From Tubiluchus corallicola (lineage: Eukaryota; Animalia; Priapulida): a stretch of DNA of 64,000 bases. Positions 1-11,060 of the stretch are shown here, one piece after another (the first letter of the stretch is position 1; each line of letters begins with the position of its first letter). The stretch lies in NCBI GenBank assembly GCA_030141605.1, contig JAQGDQ010000549.1:64794-128793 (forward strand), read 5' to 3'. The notes below the pieces were generated by a model. That model searched no databases, was not told where the DNA came from, and worked only from the letters and a program-made list of their open reading frames with translations. Both the position numbers and the translations under genes were made by a program.

Positions 1-347
1 AACTTTTACAAGAAATAAATTTGTTACATTTCTTAATCATTTTAAGAATAACATCTAACATCTTAAGTACGAGATGGCGCCACCAACCAGTTTGGGCGCC
101 GTGGATAAATACGAATCACACCATTGCAAAACGGAGTATTTGGGCTATGTACAAAGAGGGTAAGTTTTTTAAATCTAATTTAATAGTGACATTAAATTTC
201 AGAGTAATTTTGTATATAATTATCACGCTACATTCGTAACAAGTTTCATTACACACAACTTAACTATAAACTTGATATTTCTCTATTGAGTTTCACTACA
301 AATAACCTTCAATCTCTAGATTATAAAATCATCATGACGATTTGAGT

Positions 348-436
348 ACAAAGTATCGATTTAGGATACAAATTCGTAACAAAGGGCATCGATTTAGGAT
401 GCAAATTCGTAACAAAAGGCATCGATTTAGGATGCA
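348..436. repeat. 33-bp tandem repeat, about 2.5 copies, in the BEL 3' region
   Basis: ATCGATTTAGGAT starts at 355, 388 and 421. Confidence 0.85.
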
Positions 437-707
437 CACGGTTTACCAATCGTTAGATTTAAATTACAAGTGGATTGCTAACCGAGGACATGCACAAGTA
501 CTATTACTATTAGCAAGTATAATAAGCAATGACATCAAGTATTGGTTACTCTTTGTGTTTATGATAAAGTTTGTACAGCATTTGCTTGGTTCGCCTGTAG
601 GTTATGCTGTACATGGTCTATCATACAATTAGACACAATTTATCAATAACATTTCTATCATTACTTTTTTTTCAGGTTTATAACAAAGAGCACGTTTTGT
701 GCACAAG

Positions 708-1097
708 GTAAGTATAAGGTAACTCAGGTAAGTAATATTTTAACAACTTAACAAACTTAACAAACAATGTTAACAATAACAGCAACAAGTTGATATTCAG
801 ATGATGTTAACAACAATAGCAATACTAAACAATGCAAGGTATAAGGTAACTTAGGTAAGTAATATTTTAACAACTTACTAAGCAGCTATACAAACAGTGT
901 TAACAATAACAACAACAAGTTGTTATTCAAATGATGTTAACAACAATAGCAATACTAAACAATGCAAGGTATAAGGTAACTTAGGTAAGTAATATTTTAA
1001 CAACTTACTAAGCAGCTATACAAACAGTGTTAACAATAACAACAACAAGTTGTTATTCAAATGATGTTAACAACAATAGCAATACTAAACAATGCAA
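708..1097. repeat. ~130-bp tandem repeat x3 in the BEL 3' region
   Basis: ATAAGGTAAC starts at 714, 841 and 971; copies 2 and 3 are essentially identical. Confidence 0.9.
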
Positions 1098-1203
1098 AAC
1101 TTATTTACACAATCTCTTCTAGTTTAAGGAAGAGCTTCTCCCCTCTGTCTAAGGAGAGGCGAAGATTCGTTGGGAATGCTTTCTTATTAATCTATTACAG
1201 CAT

Positions 1204-4200
1204 TTACTCATCTTCATCAGTTAGCTGTTCTCCAGCTATTGACTTGATTTTTTGACGTGCTGTCAAAGCAGCCTTCCTTTTTGGACGTTTTGATGTGTTT
1301 GATTTTTCAGGTAAATTTGGTAAAGGCGGATCTTGAATTTCTGCAGAAACAAGTGGATATAAATGGAAAATTGATCGGGAAAGAGTTTTCCCCGATGGGA
1401 GCATTACCTCCGCACCTCTAGTGACTCCGTCCGAACTGGAGATCAATTTAATAATTCTGCCATGTTTCCAAGATCCGCGTGGTAAATTTGAATCATAGAT
1501 CAGAACTATATCATTAACCTTTGGTGGAATGGTTACAGTATTTCTTTTAGAGTTTGGCTTTCGTATTTCAGATTGCGTATTCATGCGCAAATGCATTAAA
1601 TACTCGGTTTGCCATAAATGCCAAAATTTATTTGTTAATTTTGTTCCTGCTTTCCATATGTGTAATAATCTTTCTGCTGAAGAAGGTGTTGGATTGAATT
1701 CCGGATCCTCAAAATCCTTTTGACTGTATTCAATCCCAGGAGGGCGATGAGTAGGGGGCAGTACAAAATGATTTGGTGTTAGTATTTCCAAAGTGGAATT
1801 ATCTACATAGCATAATGGTCTTGAATTAATAGTGTACTGGATTTCATTCAAGACTGTTTCTAGATTTTTCCATGCAAGTGGTTGACACAATGTTGTTTTC
1901 CTAAGACACCTTTTGACCAGCCCAATTAATCTTTCCCAATGACCTCCTTGCCAAGCAGCTTTAGGCAAAGTAAATGACCACGAGAAACCATTTTTGCCTG
2001 CAAATTCTTGTAGGCTTTTACTATTCAATAGAGTATTGAAATGTATATCCATTGTTGTTTTGGTCAATCGAAACGCTTTGGCATTATCTGAAAACAATTT
2101 CACTGGGCAACCGTAACGTGATATAAATTGCCTTAACAATAATATAAGTGTTTCAGCTGACAAATCTGAGGCTAACTGCAAATGTACTGCGCGAGTAGTG
2201 AGGCATTCATATAAAAGGATCCAAACCTTTTTAAGGATGAATTTACTTTTACTCACGTAGTGCTTGTGTTGTATTGGGCCTAAGTAATCCATTCCAGTGA
2301 AAGAAAAAGGGGAAGTCGGAGTTAGTCTTTCTTCTGGTAAGGGCTTAAAAGGAGGCGGTCGATAAGGTCCAGATTGAAAACGTTTACAAATCACACAATG
2401 ATTTAGAATTGACTTTATTTCATTTCTCGCATTAGGTACCCAATAATTTCGACGAAATATTGCTAAAACCTGAGATACCCCTGCATGACAATAGACTTTG
2501 TGCAGATGATTTACAATTAATTCTACGAGTTTGGATTTGCCTGGTAGTAAGAGTGGTTGATAGGTAAGAGTATTTTTCTTATTTTCAAATCTGGTTTTGC
2601 ACGCTATCAAACCGTCTTTATTGGTAAAATAGAAAACGTTTGAAGATGCATTTTTGAGTTTGTCTTTAATAAAGTCAGTGTATGCATACTGTGTCCAACA
2701 TAGCCATATTCTTAATGCATTACGTTTCTCTTGTGCTGAAATAACCTTAATAGGAAATTTCATTCCATACAAGAAGGCCTGTATGGCTCTGAAAAGGAAT
2801 GCAGTGACAAATAAAAGCCGATCCAGGGAAGAAAAGTCGTTAATGTTAATAACTCTACCAACAGCTCTATTGCATATGACAATGTCGGAAGCAAGAAACC
2901 CAGTCTCAAAGAGTACTTCCTTTTTATGGGGTACTTCCGAAAGTACCTGTGAGGTTTCCTCCGGAGTAAGAGGCGGTACTGAGCTAGAAGTTGGCCAAAC
3001 ATCTTCATCTTCCAAGAGGAAGCTTGGTCCATGCAGCCAGAATGTATCTATTGGTGTATTAAATACCTTTGTTCCTCGATCAGCTGGGTTGAGTTGAGAT
3101 GATATGTGTCGTATTTCTGTGTCAGGCAAATCCTTTATCTCATTGACTCTGTTTCTAACAAAGACTGATAACTGTTTTTCAGATCTTATCCAATGTATAA
3201 CACAAGAAGAGTCTGTGAAGAGATAAGTCTTGAAAATCGGGATGTCAAGATGTTTTCGTGCGTAAGTGATTGCACGTGTTCCTATAAGAACACCCATAAG
3301 TTCCGAGCGTGGAACAGAAAATTTGTCTGGTGGTACCACCCTCGTCTTTGCAAACAGGAAGTTACACTGGGTAACCAAAGAAGTTCGATCACAGACCCGG
3401 AGATAGAGTACGCAGCAATATGCTTTTTGAGATGCATCAGAGAAGCAGATCAGCACATACTGTGGATCACGGGTAGAAATGTATCTAGGCACACTTACAT
3501 CCTGTATATATTTCATGATTTGCACTGCCTCACGCCATAATTCCAGATTATTGGGAGAAAGCGGAGTATCCCACTGTAATTTTTGTTTCCAGAGAAATGA
3601 AATGAAAACTTTGGCTGAGAGTATCAATGGACCAACGACTCCAAGGGGATCGAAGATCGATGAAGTACAGTGTAAGACTTTTCTCTTCGTGTCTGCTGCA
3701 TCAAAGGATGCGATATCCACCTTTGCAAGTTTTATGACATCATTCTTTCGGTCAAAGTAAAGACCGAGAACCTTTGTGCTACTGTCGAGGACTCTATCAT
3801 ATTCCGGAATTTTGCTTAAGAAGGTATCCGAGGTTGAAAACCATTCTCTCAAGTTGAAGCCTGCTTGGGAAAACAGAGTTTTCACTTCATTGTAAAATGA
3901 AACAGCTTCGGTCACTGTGTTGACCCCTGTTATGAGGTTATCTACATACATGTTTTGCAGTATTTTATTAGAGAGAGGATGACAGCTCTCTTTGAGATGG
4001 TGAGTAATCGTCGCCGCTAAGAGGAATGGAGAGCTAATCGCTCCAAAAGGAACAGAGGTGAACCTAAACACAATAAGATTTTTTTGCGAAAAATCTATTT
4101 TAAAGGGATCTCTGAGCCATAAAAAGCGGGTACAGTCTCTTTCAGATTCTAGTAGGCCTACATTTAGGAAGGCCTTTTCTATATCAGCCAAGATGATAAC

Positions 4201-7200
4201 TTCATGTAGCCTAAAACGCAATAAAATACCCAGAAGCTGAGGCAGGATAACCGGGCCCCGGTAGAGGCAGTCATTAAGGCTGGGGTTGGTGCGTTTTGTC
4301 TTGGCACTTGCGTTGTAAACTGTGCGTAGTTTAGTCGTCTTCCTATCTTCCCTAATAACACAGTGATGGGGAATGTAATGAATAATGGCTCCAGGCTGTG
4401 TATCAGGGGTTACCTCTTCAATGATAGACCTTTTAAGTTGTTCCTGAATATTATCGTTGTAACATTTGAGTAAGTCAGGTTGATCATGCAGCTTTAAAAT
4501 GAGTGATTTTAATAGAGCCAATGCTAGAAAGTAGTTATCTGGGAGAGGCTTATGGTTAATCTTCCAGGGCCAACCGACCATGTAGCGACCATTCCTAAAT
4601 TCGATACTATTTTCGAATCTGCGAACCGCTACCTCATCGTCATTGACACTGGGAGAGTCCATGATTCCTAAGGAATCGAGGGCCCAAAGACGCTCGAGTT
4701 GATAACTTCTTTCTGTGTTTTCTACATTTTCAGATACAGAATCTGCACACATCAGGTTTATCTCAGGTTTAGTGCAATTTGGTGATTCTGTGTTATCCAA
4801 GGATGAATTCCCGGAAAGGCCATCAAACCCAGGTTGAAAACAAAATAATGAGTTTTCTAAACAAATATTAGATTCATTGTTTGCAACAAGGTCTGGGTGG
4901 TCCGGGTCTTCAACTACCCCTCCAAGTATGTAACCTAAAAGACTTGCATGCAGGAAGAGGCCGGGTGACACTTCATGTTTTTCTGCTCCTAGAATTTTGA
5001 GATAATTGCCACACCCAATTAAGAACTGCACGTCACCTCCCTGATTCCCGTTAGGGAGGGTGTCAGCTAGGGAGCCCTCCCACATTTTGAGGTTTGAAAG
5101 TACATGTGATGGAAGACAGGGACGCCCTCCGAACTTCGCAATGAACGGGATTACTCGTACGTTTAGGTGCATCTTAGTACGGTTGTCTTTACTGAACAAT
5201 GTAACCTTTGCTTGATGACACCGTACTGGGACATACCCATCATGGGCAAATGTAGAAACGTTTACATATCTAGGATTTTCCAGTTTCAGATTTAACTGGT
5301 TTGCTAATGACTCTGTAATGTATGTGCCATTACTACCCGAATCCATCAAACCTCTAACTGTGATGCCTGATTTAAGATTATTGGGAACATCAGAGTGGCA
5401 CATTCTCACTAAAACTGTCTGCATAAGTTCAACCTCTGTGCCAGAATTAAACATAACAGTTTCACTGAGCAAATTTTGTTCTAATTTTGTCTTGACAATT
5501 CTGTTATTTTCAACTTTATCGCAAAGTGAAACATGATGTTTTTGGCCACACACAAAACATGTAAATTTGCAGTCAACCTCAGTGTGTTTACTAGAAAGAC
5601 AGACTTTGCAACGTTTACGCTTTTCTACTACTTTAAGTTTTTCTTCTATGGAAAACTTGTTGCAAAGGCCTGAAGAGTGTTTCCGGTTGTCACAATATAG
5701 ACAAGGCATTTTAATGCGGTTATTCTGTGATCTCTTTGCCTTGTCCTTATTGTTACCATTGCTATTAACTCTTTCTGAACCTTTTGGTTTGTAACCTTTA
5801 GCATGTTTTGATTTTTCAGCTGCAGATGTAGTGAGAGACAACTCACTGTTATAAGCCATGTCATCATCATTGCCAACTGCTGTAAGTACACTTTCTTTAA
5901 TCTGAACAGATGCTGCTCTGTGATTGTTTCTACTAATGGGTTTCTTTGAAATTTCTTTAAGGCTTTGAAGCCCACACTCATTAGTAGAAATCTCAAAGTT
6001 GTTCACATATCGATACATAGTATCTATTAATCTCTCTAATTGCCAATTAGAACCAGGAGTAGCATCTGGACAAAGGTTTCTAAGCTGAAAACCCATAGTT
6101 ATGGGAAGTTTCTTAAGAATGCCTGAGACAATGTAATGATCATCGACTGGACGACCTAACACTGTCAATGACCGTATAATGACCTCTATGTCATCAAGAA
6201 ACCTTCGTAAATCTTTGGCGTTGTTTTTGACAGGTTCTATGTCGTCAAGTTGTTTCAGATAACTTGTCACCATGTGATCATTTCCGCCAAAGCGTTTCAT
6301 CAAGTGACCAACAGCAGCAGGATAGTTATTGGCAGTTCTACGGTACGTCTTGATTATTCTATATGCATTCCCTTTCAAACAACCCAACAAGTAATTGAAC
6401 TTTTTACTATCCGTTAAATCGGGTCTTGAGTGTATTTCATCATTAAAAACACTCCAAAATTCTTCAAAATCATCATCACCCTCCCCCGAAAAGGAAGGCA
6501 ATTTAAATTTTGGCAATCTAGTATACACAGTGCTTGCATGACTAACATTCACAGCATTTAGCTGTGATGTCATATTAGGCACAGCAGAAACAGGTGTGCT
6601 TGATACTACAGGTAATCTAGTATACGCAGTGCTTGCATGACTAACGTTCACAGCATTTAGCTGTGATGTCATATTAGGCACAGCAGAAACAGGTGTGCTT
6701 GATACTACAGGTACAGGTTCACTGACCTTCAAGTGACAGGTTTCTAATGACCTAATTCTGGCTTCAATCTTAGCACTAAGTTCAGACAAATTTCTGTTCA
6801 ATGTAATTTTTGAAGCAAGAAATTCTTTAACTTCATCTAAATGGGAACTATCATCTGAACTACAATAAATATATGATAGCTTGTCATACAACTCTGTGAG
6901 CATTTCAGTTGAAAATCTCAAATCAGTAATTGAAGCATTACATCTGTCAACAAAGTTTTGATAATTAGCAATACATTTGTCAAATTCTAAGTCTAACAAT
7001 GTAGTACATGTGAAAATCACCTCACCATAAAGCTGTGAGTTTATTTTCAGGTTCTGGATGAGTATCTTCACCTCCAGCTGGTGTCCATGCAATGGATCTT
7101 TGTCTGGAACCATCTTCGGAATTGCTCCAGTTGCAGCTGTTGGGGTGGCTCCATGTGCTGGGGTAGCTGGAATATGTAGTTGCTGCTCATAGTCCGGTTC

Positions 7201-7380
7201 CTCGTCGTCTGAGTCCTTAGAACCATGGTCCATAATGGTCACTCCTTGCTTTGATGAGTCCTTGTTTGGTTGTATTGGCTGGAATAATTGTCCAGTCCTT
7301 ATGTCATGACCTTTAGGTTCACCCTCCCACGGCGGCGTATAAAGAATAGTCTTGTCGCTTGTGGTTGTTGTGGTGGCCAT
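1204..7380 (-). CDS. BEL/Pao LTR retrotransposon gag-pol polyprotein (Gag, three zinc knuckles, aspartic protease, RT, RNase H, integrase), uninterrupted
   Basis: Single ORF (track 1204..7386; first ATG at 7380). Gag: LPKFKLPSFSG..FEEFWSVF..KKFNYLLGCLKG. Knuckles: CLYC..H..C, CKVC..H..C, CFVC..HH..C. Protease LMDSGS. RT: HYIPHH, ADIEKAF, PFGAISSPFLL, YVDN. RNase H FSDAS. Integrase: HHCC, DYLGP, SDNA, WQGGHWERL. Domain order PR-RT-RH-IN, YVDN and the triple knuckle are diagnostic of BEL/Pao. Confidence 0.97.
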   Translation of the reverse strand: MATTTTTSDKTILYTPPWEGEPKGHDIRTGQLFQPIQPNKDSSKQGVTIMDHGSKDSDDEEPDYEQQLHIPATPAHGATPTAATGAIPKMVPDKDPLHGHQLEVKILIQNLKINSQLYGEVIFTCTTLLDLEFDKCIANYQNFVDRCNASITDLRFSTEMLTELYDKLSYIYCSSDDSSHLDEVKEFLASKITLNRNLSELSAKIEARIRSLETCHLKVSEPVPVVSSTPVSAVPNMTSQLNAVNVSHASTAYTRLPVVSSTPVSAVPNMTSQLNAVNVSHASTVYTRLPKFKLPSFSGEGDDDFEEFWSVFNDEIHSRPDLTDSKKFNYLLGCLKGNAYRIIKTYRRTANNYPAAVGHLMKRFGGNDHMVTSYLKQLDDIEPVKNNAKDLRRFLDDIEVIIRSLTVLGRPVDDHYIVSGILKKLPITMGFQLRNLCPDATPGSNWQLERLIDTMYRYVNNFEISTNECGLQSLKEISKKPISRNNHRAASVQIKESVLTAVGNDDDMAYNSELSLTTSAAEKSKHAKGYKPKGSERVNSNGNNKDKAKRSQNNRIKMPCLYCDNRKHSSGLCNKFSIEEKLKVVEKRKRCKVCLSSKHTEVDCKFTCFVCGQKHHVSLCDKVENNRIVKTKLEQNLLSETVMFNSGTEVELMQTVLVRMCHSDVPNNLKSGITVRGLMDSGSNGTYITESLANQLNLKLENPRYVNVSTFAHDGYVPVRCHQAKVTLFSKDNRTKMHLNVRVIPFIAKFGGRPCLPSHVLSNLKMWEGSLADTLPNGNQGGDVQFLIGCGNYLKILGAEKHEVSPGLFLHASLLGYILGGVVEDPDHPDLVANNESNICLENSLFCFQPGFDGLSGNSSLDNTESPNCTKPEINLMCADSVSENVENTERSYQLERLWALDSLGIMDSPSVNDDEVAVRRFENSIEFRNGRYMVGWPWKINHKPLPDNYFLALALLKSLILKLHDQPDLLKCYNDNIQEQLKRSIIEEVTPDTQPGAIIHYIPHHCVIREDRKTTKLRTVYNASAKTKRTNPSLNDCLYRGPVILPQLLGILLRFRLHEVIILADIEKAFLNVGLLESERDCTRFLWLRDPFKIDFSQKNLIVFRFTSVPFGAISSPFLLAATITHHLKESCHPLSNKILQNMYVDNLITGVNTVTEAVSFYNEVKTLFSQAGFNLREWFSTSDTFLSKIPEYDRVLDSSTKVLGLYFDRKNDVIKLAKVDIASFDAADTKRKVLHCTSSIFDPLGVVGPLILSAKVFISFLWKQKLQWDTPLSPNNLELWREAVQIMKYIQDVSVPRYISTRDPQYVLICFSDASQKAYCCVLYLRVCDRTSLVTQCNFLFAKTRVVPPDKFSVPRSELMGVLIGTRAITYARKHLDIPIFKTYLFTDSSCVIHWIRSEKQLSVFVRNRVNEIKDLPDTEIRHISSQLNPADRGTKVFNTPIDTFWLHGPSFLLEDEDVWPTSSSVPPLTPEETSQVLSEVPHKKEVLFETGFLASDIVICNRAVGRVININDFSSLDRLLFVTAFLFRAIQAFLYGMKFPIKVISAQEKRNALRIWLCWTQYAYTDFIKDKLKNASSNVFYFTNKDGLIACKTRFENKKNTLTYQPLLLPGKSKLVELIVNHLHKVYCHAGVSQVLAIFRRNYWVPNARNEIKSILNHCVICKRFQSGPYRPPPFKPLPEERLTPTSPFSFTGMDYLGPIQHKHYVSKSKFILKKVWILLYECLTTRAVHLQLASDLSAETLILLLRQFISRYGCPVKLFSDNAKAFRLTKTTMDIHFNTLLNSKSLQEFAGKNGFSWSFTLPKAAWQGGHWERLIGLVKRCLRKTTLCQPLAWKNLETVLNEIQYTINSRPLCYVDNSTLEILTPNHFVLPPTHRPPGIEYSQKDFEDPEFNPTPSSAERLLHIWKAGTKLTNKFWHLWQTEYLMHLRMNTQSEIRKPNSKRNTVTIPPKVNDIVLIYDSNLPRGSWKHGRIIKLISSSDGVTRGAEVMLPSGKTLSRSIFHLYPLVSAEIQDPPLPNLPEKSNTSKRPKRKAALTARQKIKSIAGEQLTDEDE
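6515..6713. repeat. 99-bp (33-aa) in-frame tandem duplication within gag
   Basis: PVVSSTPVSAVPNMTSQLNAVNVSHAST(A/V)YTRL occurs twice; DNA copies start at 6515 and 6614. Confidence 0.95.
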
Positions 7381-7646
7381 ACTCAAACAAGGTTAACTTG
7401 CAGTCGTCTGGATTCCAAATTAGAAGCACCAATACTGTCCATATATTTAGCACTCAGTATAAACAGGAACAGAGTAACTGTATCACTTGGTTTGCAGGCT
7501 TATACCAAGCAAACTGATTTCTTTTCCAAGCAGAGCAACTGTATCACCTGGTTTGTAGCTTTGTAGATATCAAACTGATTTTTTTCCTTTCAAATAAAGT
7601 CCTAGCATAATTCCCTTGGTTCTATAAACTTGTACAAAATGAAGAA

Positions 7647-7657
7647 TTTCGGCACCA
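7647..7657 (-). promoter_or_regulatory. Primer-binding site complementary to the tRNA-Phe 3' end
   Basis: Minus strand TGGTGCCGAAA immediately after the LTR terminal CA; complementary to the TTTCGGCACCA 3' end of metazoan tRNA-Phe. Confidence 0.85.
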
Positions 7658-8048
7658 TGTGAAAAATGTCTAAAGGTAACATAGCTAAGACATCAGTATA
7701 TTGCAGAACACAGGTGAGTTTATTTATACAAATCAGTTAGTCATACAAATTATCCACAGCACATGTTGATTCTATGCTCTCTGACAGCCAACTGCCCAGG
7801 TAAGTTTTCTATAAAGCAAGGAAGCCAGCAATTCTATGAAGGGTAAATGTTATGCATACTACATAGTTCAAGGATAAAAGTTTAGACTGTATATTAAGAA
7901 ATAGACTTATTTTACAGCTGAAATTTCTTGTGTGGGATTTTTAATGTTTTAACCAGAGACTACAATAATATGACATAATGAACAAAAATAATGACATATG
8001 ACATAATAATAAAAAATAATGACATATGACATCGTGAACTTCACGACA
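7658..8048 (-). repeat. 5' LTR of the BEL/Pao element (~390 bp)
   Basis: Minus strand reads TGTCGTG...TTTTTCACA directly followed by the PBS. An AATAAA-type signal is present on the minus strand near 7718-7724. The inner boundary is fixed by the PBS; the outer boundary (8048) is inferred from TG..CA termini only. Confidence 0.7.
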
Positions 8049-8142
8049 CCATCACCCACACTACTTCCACATTTTTTCTTTTGTAAAACAATCATTCTAC
8101 CGCTATATTTCTCTCTTTCCATCGTCCATAATAGTTTTACGT

Positions 8143-8241
8143 TTCTCTCCGTCCAACGAACATACTACTTTCATATTTTTCTCTCCGTCCAACGACCTTA
8201 CTACTTTCATATTTTTCTCTCCGTCCAACGGCCATACTACT
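8143..8241. repeat. ~37-bp tandem repeat x3
   Basis: CTCTCCGTCCAACG..CATACTAC repeated three times just outside the inferred LTR end. Confidence 0.75.
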
Positions 8242-9181
8242 GCCACAGCATTCTCTGAGTTTATTTTCTACCTTTTTGTGCATTAGCGAGAATTACTGTG
8301 AGATTATTAGATCACTCGTAAGCAATAAAACAAGAACCAATGCTGCTGCGTTGACTGAATCCCATTTAATAATAGATCAGTCAATCTTGCGTCTGTTGAC
8401 AGACCAATGATGTGCAATACATCAAACAAGAGACAGGAGGATATTGATTAAATAAGGCTCTTCTCTTGATCACTACATGATTATCATTGAAGATTTAATT
8501 TTGCTTGTAACAGCCATTCCTTGACACAGAGACATACTTTTAACCAGGCAAATGCATAAGGCCCAATTCACAATGAGGACGTAAAGTAAAATTACGGACT
8601 GAACTGATGTCAGAAAATCAGAAAACATTTAGAGAAAATTTCCGTTTTTTTCTCGAAATCCTATGCAGCAAGAATTTTCACTTCACGGTGAAACCGCGCA
8701 GTTTTTTTCCGCGCGTCCAGTTTGCTGCAATTACTTTGTGAGTTTTATTCTGTATAATCACGTCTAAATTAAGTTATACTTGCCGTATTTCTTATATACA
8801 AAGTATAGTTAATAATGTTAGTCAATGTAATGTTTGTTCTTTTTTACTGAAGTTCTACTAACCACTTCAAAATTTTAAAAATATACATGTAAAAATAACT
8901 ATATATGTGTATTATATTATTCTTTTTACGAGTATAGCCACCGATGTTGCATTAATAAAATATAAAATCGTCAGTCTGTTAAAAGAAAGATTAAATCTTA
9001 GAATTTTACGCTGAAATATGTTAACTGTTGTTCGTTAAATAAGAAAGAAGTAATTGAGTAGTTAAATTTAAGACTCAGTTCCGCAAGGATTCCTCAAGAA
9101 AATGGAACATGCAGTATTTCTACCAGTATTCTCACGAGGAGAACGCATAGCTTCTAGCCAAGCCATAACCAAATGACGTTA

Positions 9182-9705
9182 AACCCAAGAAACAGCTTTT
9201 ACTTAAAAAAAACTAAAAAAATGTCTTGAACTTTTATATCATCTGTATACTGTCCTGTTGCATCCAGAGCTTGCCTTAGCAGTAACGCTGTATAACACTT
9301 GTAAATTAAACTCCCGCGATGACCGTTAGGCGCAACCATTTTAACGGTAAGTCGTTTGAAACAAGTTTAGACAACATTGAGTAAAGTTCGAAAAAATAAT
9401 CAGACCATTTGTAGCGCACTCTTCATTAACTAAGTTTATACTTTATATGTCAATAAGGTTAATAATACGTTTTTGGTGAGTCAGCGGTGCACACTGGGAA
9501 GGTAAGTAAGTGACATTTTACCAGGTAGCGCGAACATTATAAGTTACAAAAAAATTTTCATTGTACTTACACATGTCTTACAAACAGCTACGCTTAATGT
9601 CAAGTAATATAACTTTATGTGGAACATTTTAGGGACATAGCATCCCTAGAATCCCTTTTCTTCCTCTTTAAACAATTGTCAAGCTTAAAAATCGACGTCA
9701 CACTT
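9182..9705 (+). mobile_element. Dispersed non-autonomous element, family C (Kolobok-like)
   Basis: Core AGAGCTTGC..AGCAGTAACGCTGTATAA..ATGACCGTTA..GCAGCCATTTT..TTTGAAACAAGTTTAGA is shared with copies at 41088-41645, 62825-63306, 31125-31565, 47950-48150 and 54925-55050. Confidence 0.7.
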
Positions 9706-10494
9706 AGATATGAAATGACTCTAATCACTGTTTGCTTAGAAGACAAAAACAGACTAATGTTACATTACCGTTAATGTTGCGCTTCCGGGCACAGCTAACC
9801 GATAAAATCGCACAGAAATTTAACAAGAGAGGAAGCGTATTCATAATCATAGCGTTATACTGAACACAGAGTATACACTCTAAGTCAAACAAGACATTTT
9901 TCATGGAAATATTTAAAAGACATCTTCTTCTGCTCTTTCTGCAAGCACCGAGAACAACTAAAGTTGAACAACTAGCAAACTAGAATCCAACATGTGCATT
10001 TCCTAGTATATTACTTTTTTGTAATATAAAAGTTACAGTAAATTTTAATTTTTCTCAGATGTTAAATAGATCATATTGTAAGTTGTTTCGATTTACCACC
10101 CCGAAGAAGTTATCGTAATCCTACAAATTATCTGCACGCTAAAGGCGCCGCTGTTTGTTAACGGGGAAAATTTACTAGGAACATGACAAAAAAAAACGCA
10201 CACGCGGGATTATAGTAGTACACGTGCAGTTGGTGTGGCGGTAGTGGATACAGTTTCAATATTTATTGACTGTAGCAAGCTCCGTGAGATGTTTCCTTGT
10301 AAATCTATCTATTACAAGTAATTTTATAAGCTTCAGTAGTGCACTTCCGGCCCACCAGGGGCGCTGCTTGTGATGTGAATAAAAACTGTGTCAAAGTTAG
10401 CGCAGCTGTTTATGCATTACTGTAAGGTTCGTTTTCGACAAATACTGTAATTAGATGCCCTTCTAATAACAATCTTGATTTCAGTGCTACTTCA

Positions 10495-10875
10495 CTCACA
10501 GGCTGTTTGCTCAGTGCAATCTTGACACCACGTCCTGACCGACTAGAGTTTTGAAATCTTGAGCCACTTGAACTTCGCAGAATACACTGTGATCTGACAA
10601 TGTGATGAAATTTTACAACTCTCGTCGTGTTTTCTATATGCTGTTTTGTTTTTATTTATGATCATGTGAATTTTTCATTAGAATTGGCAACTATGTTTAT
10701 TATAATTGTACTCGCTGTTTTTCACTGTGTATAATGCGTGTAAATTTTTGTTACTAAGTATTAAAATATGTTCGTTATCTTTTATTATTTATGAATGTAA
10801 TGTTGGATTATAATTTGTAACTATGTCTATTGTATATGATCGTTGTCGTTCAATGTGTCTCATGCGTTGGATTCT

Positions 10876-10913
<38 letters not shown>

Positions 10914-11005
10914 TAGGTTTAATACGTTGCAAATGCTTTTAGAAATTTTAACATGTCCCTACAAATAGAGGGAATGTATTCTGTACATAGTTTTTTAAAA
11001 ATAAA

Positions 11006-11047
<42 letters not shown>

Positions 11048-11060
11048 CAACAACAACAAC

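Larger units (their letters stand above)
1..8048 (-). mobile_element. BEL/Pao LTR retrotransposon; 3' end and 3' LTR run off the left edge of the window
   Basis: On the minus strand the order is LTR, PBS, leader, gag-pol ORF, then more than 1.2 kb of 3' internal region. No copy of the LTR appears in 1-1203, so assigning that segment to the element is an inference. Confidence 0.85.

Noticed and set aside
1529-5996. Short ORFs overlapping gag-pol in other frames and strands
   Set aside because: Shadow ORFs of the long coding sequence, with no recognisable motifs.
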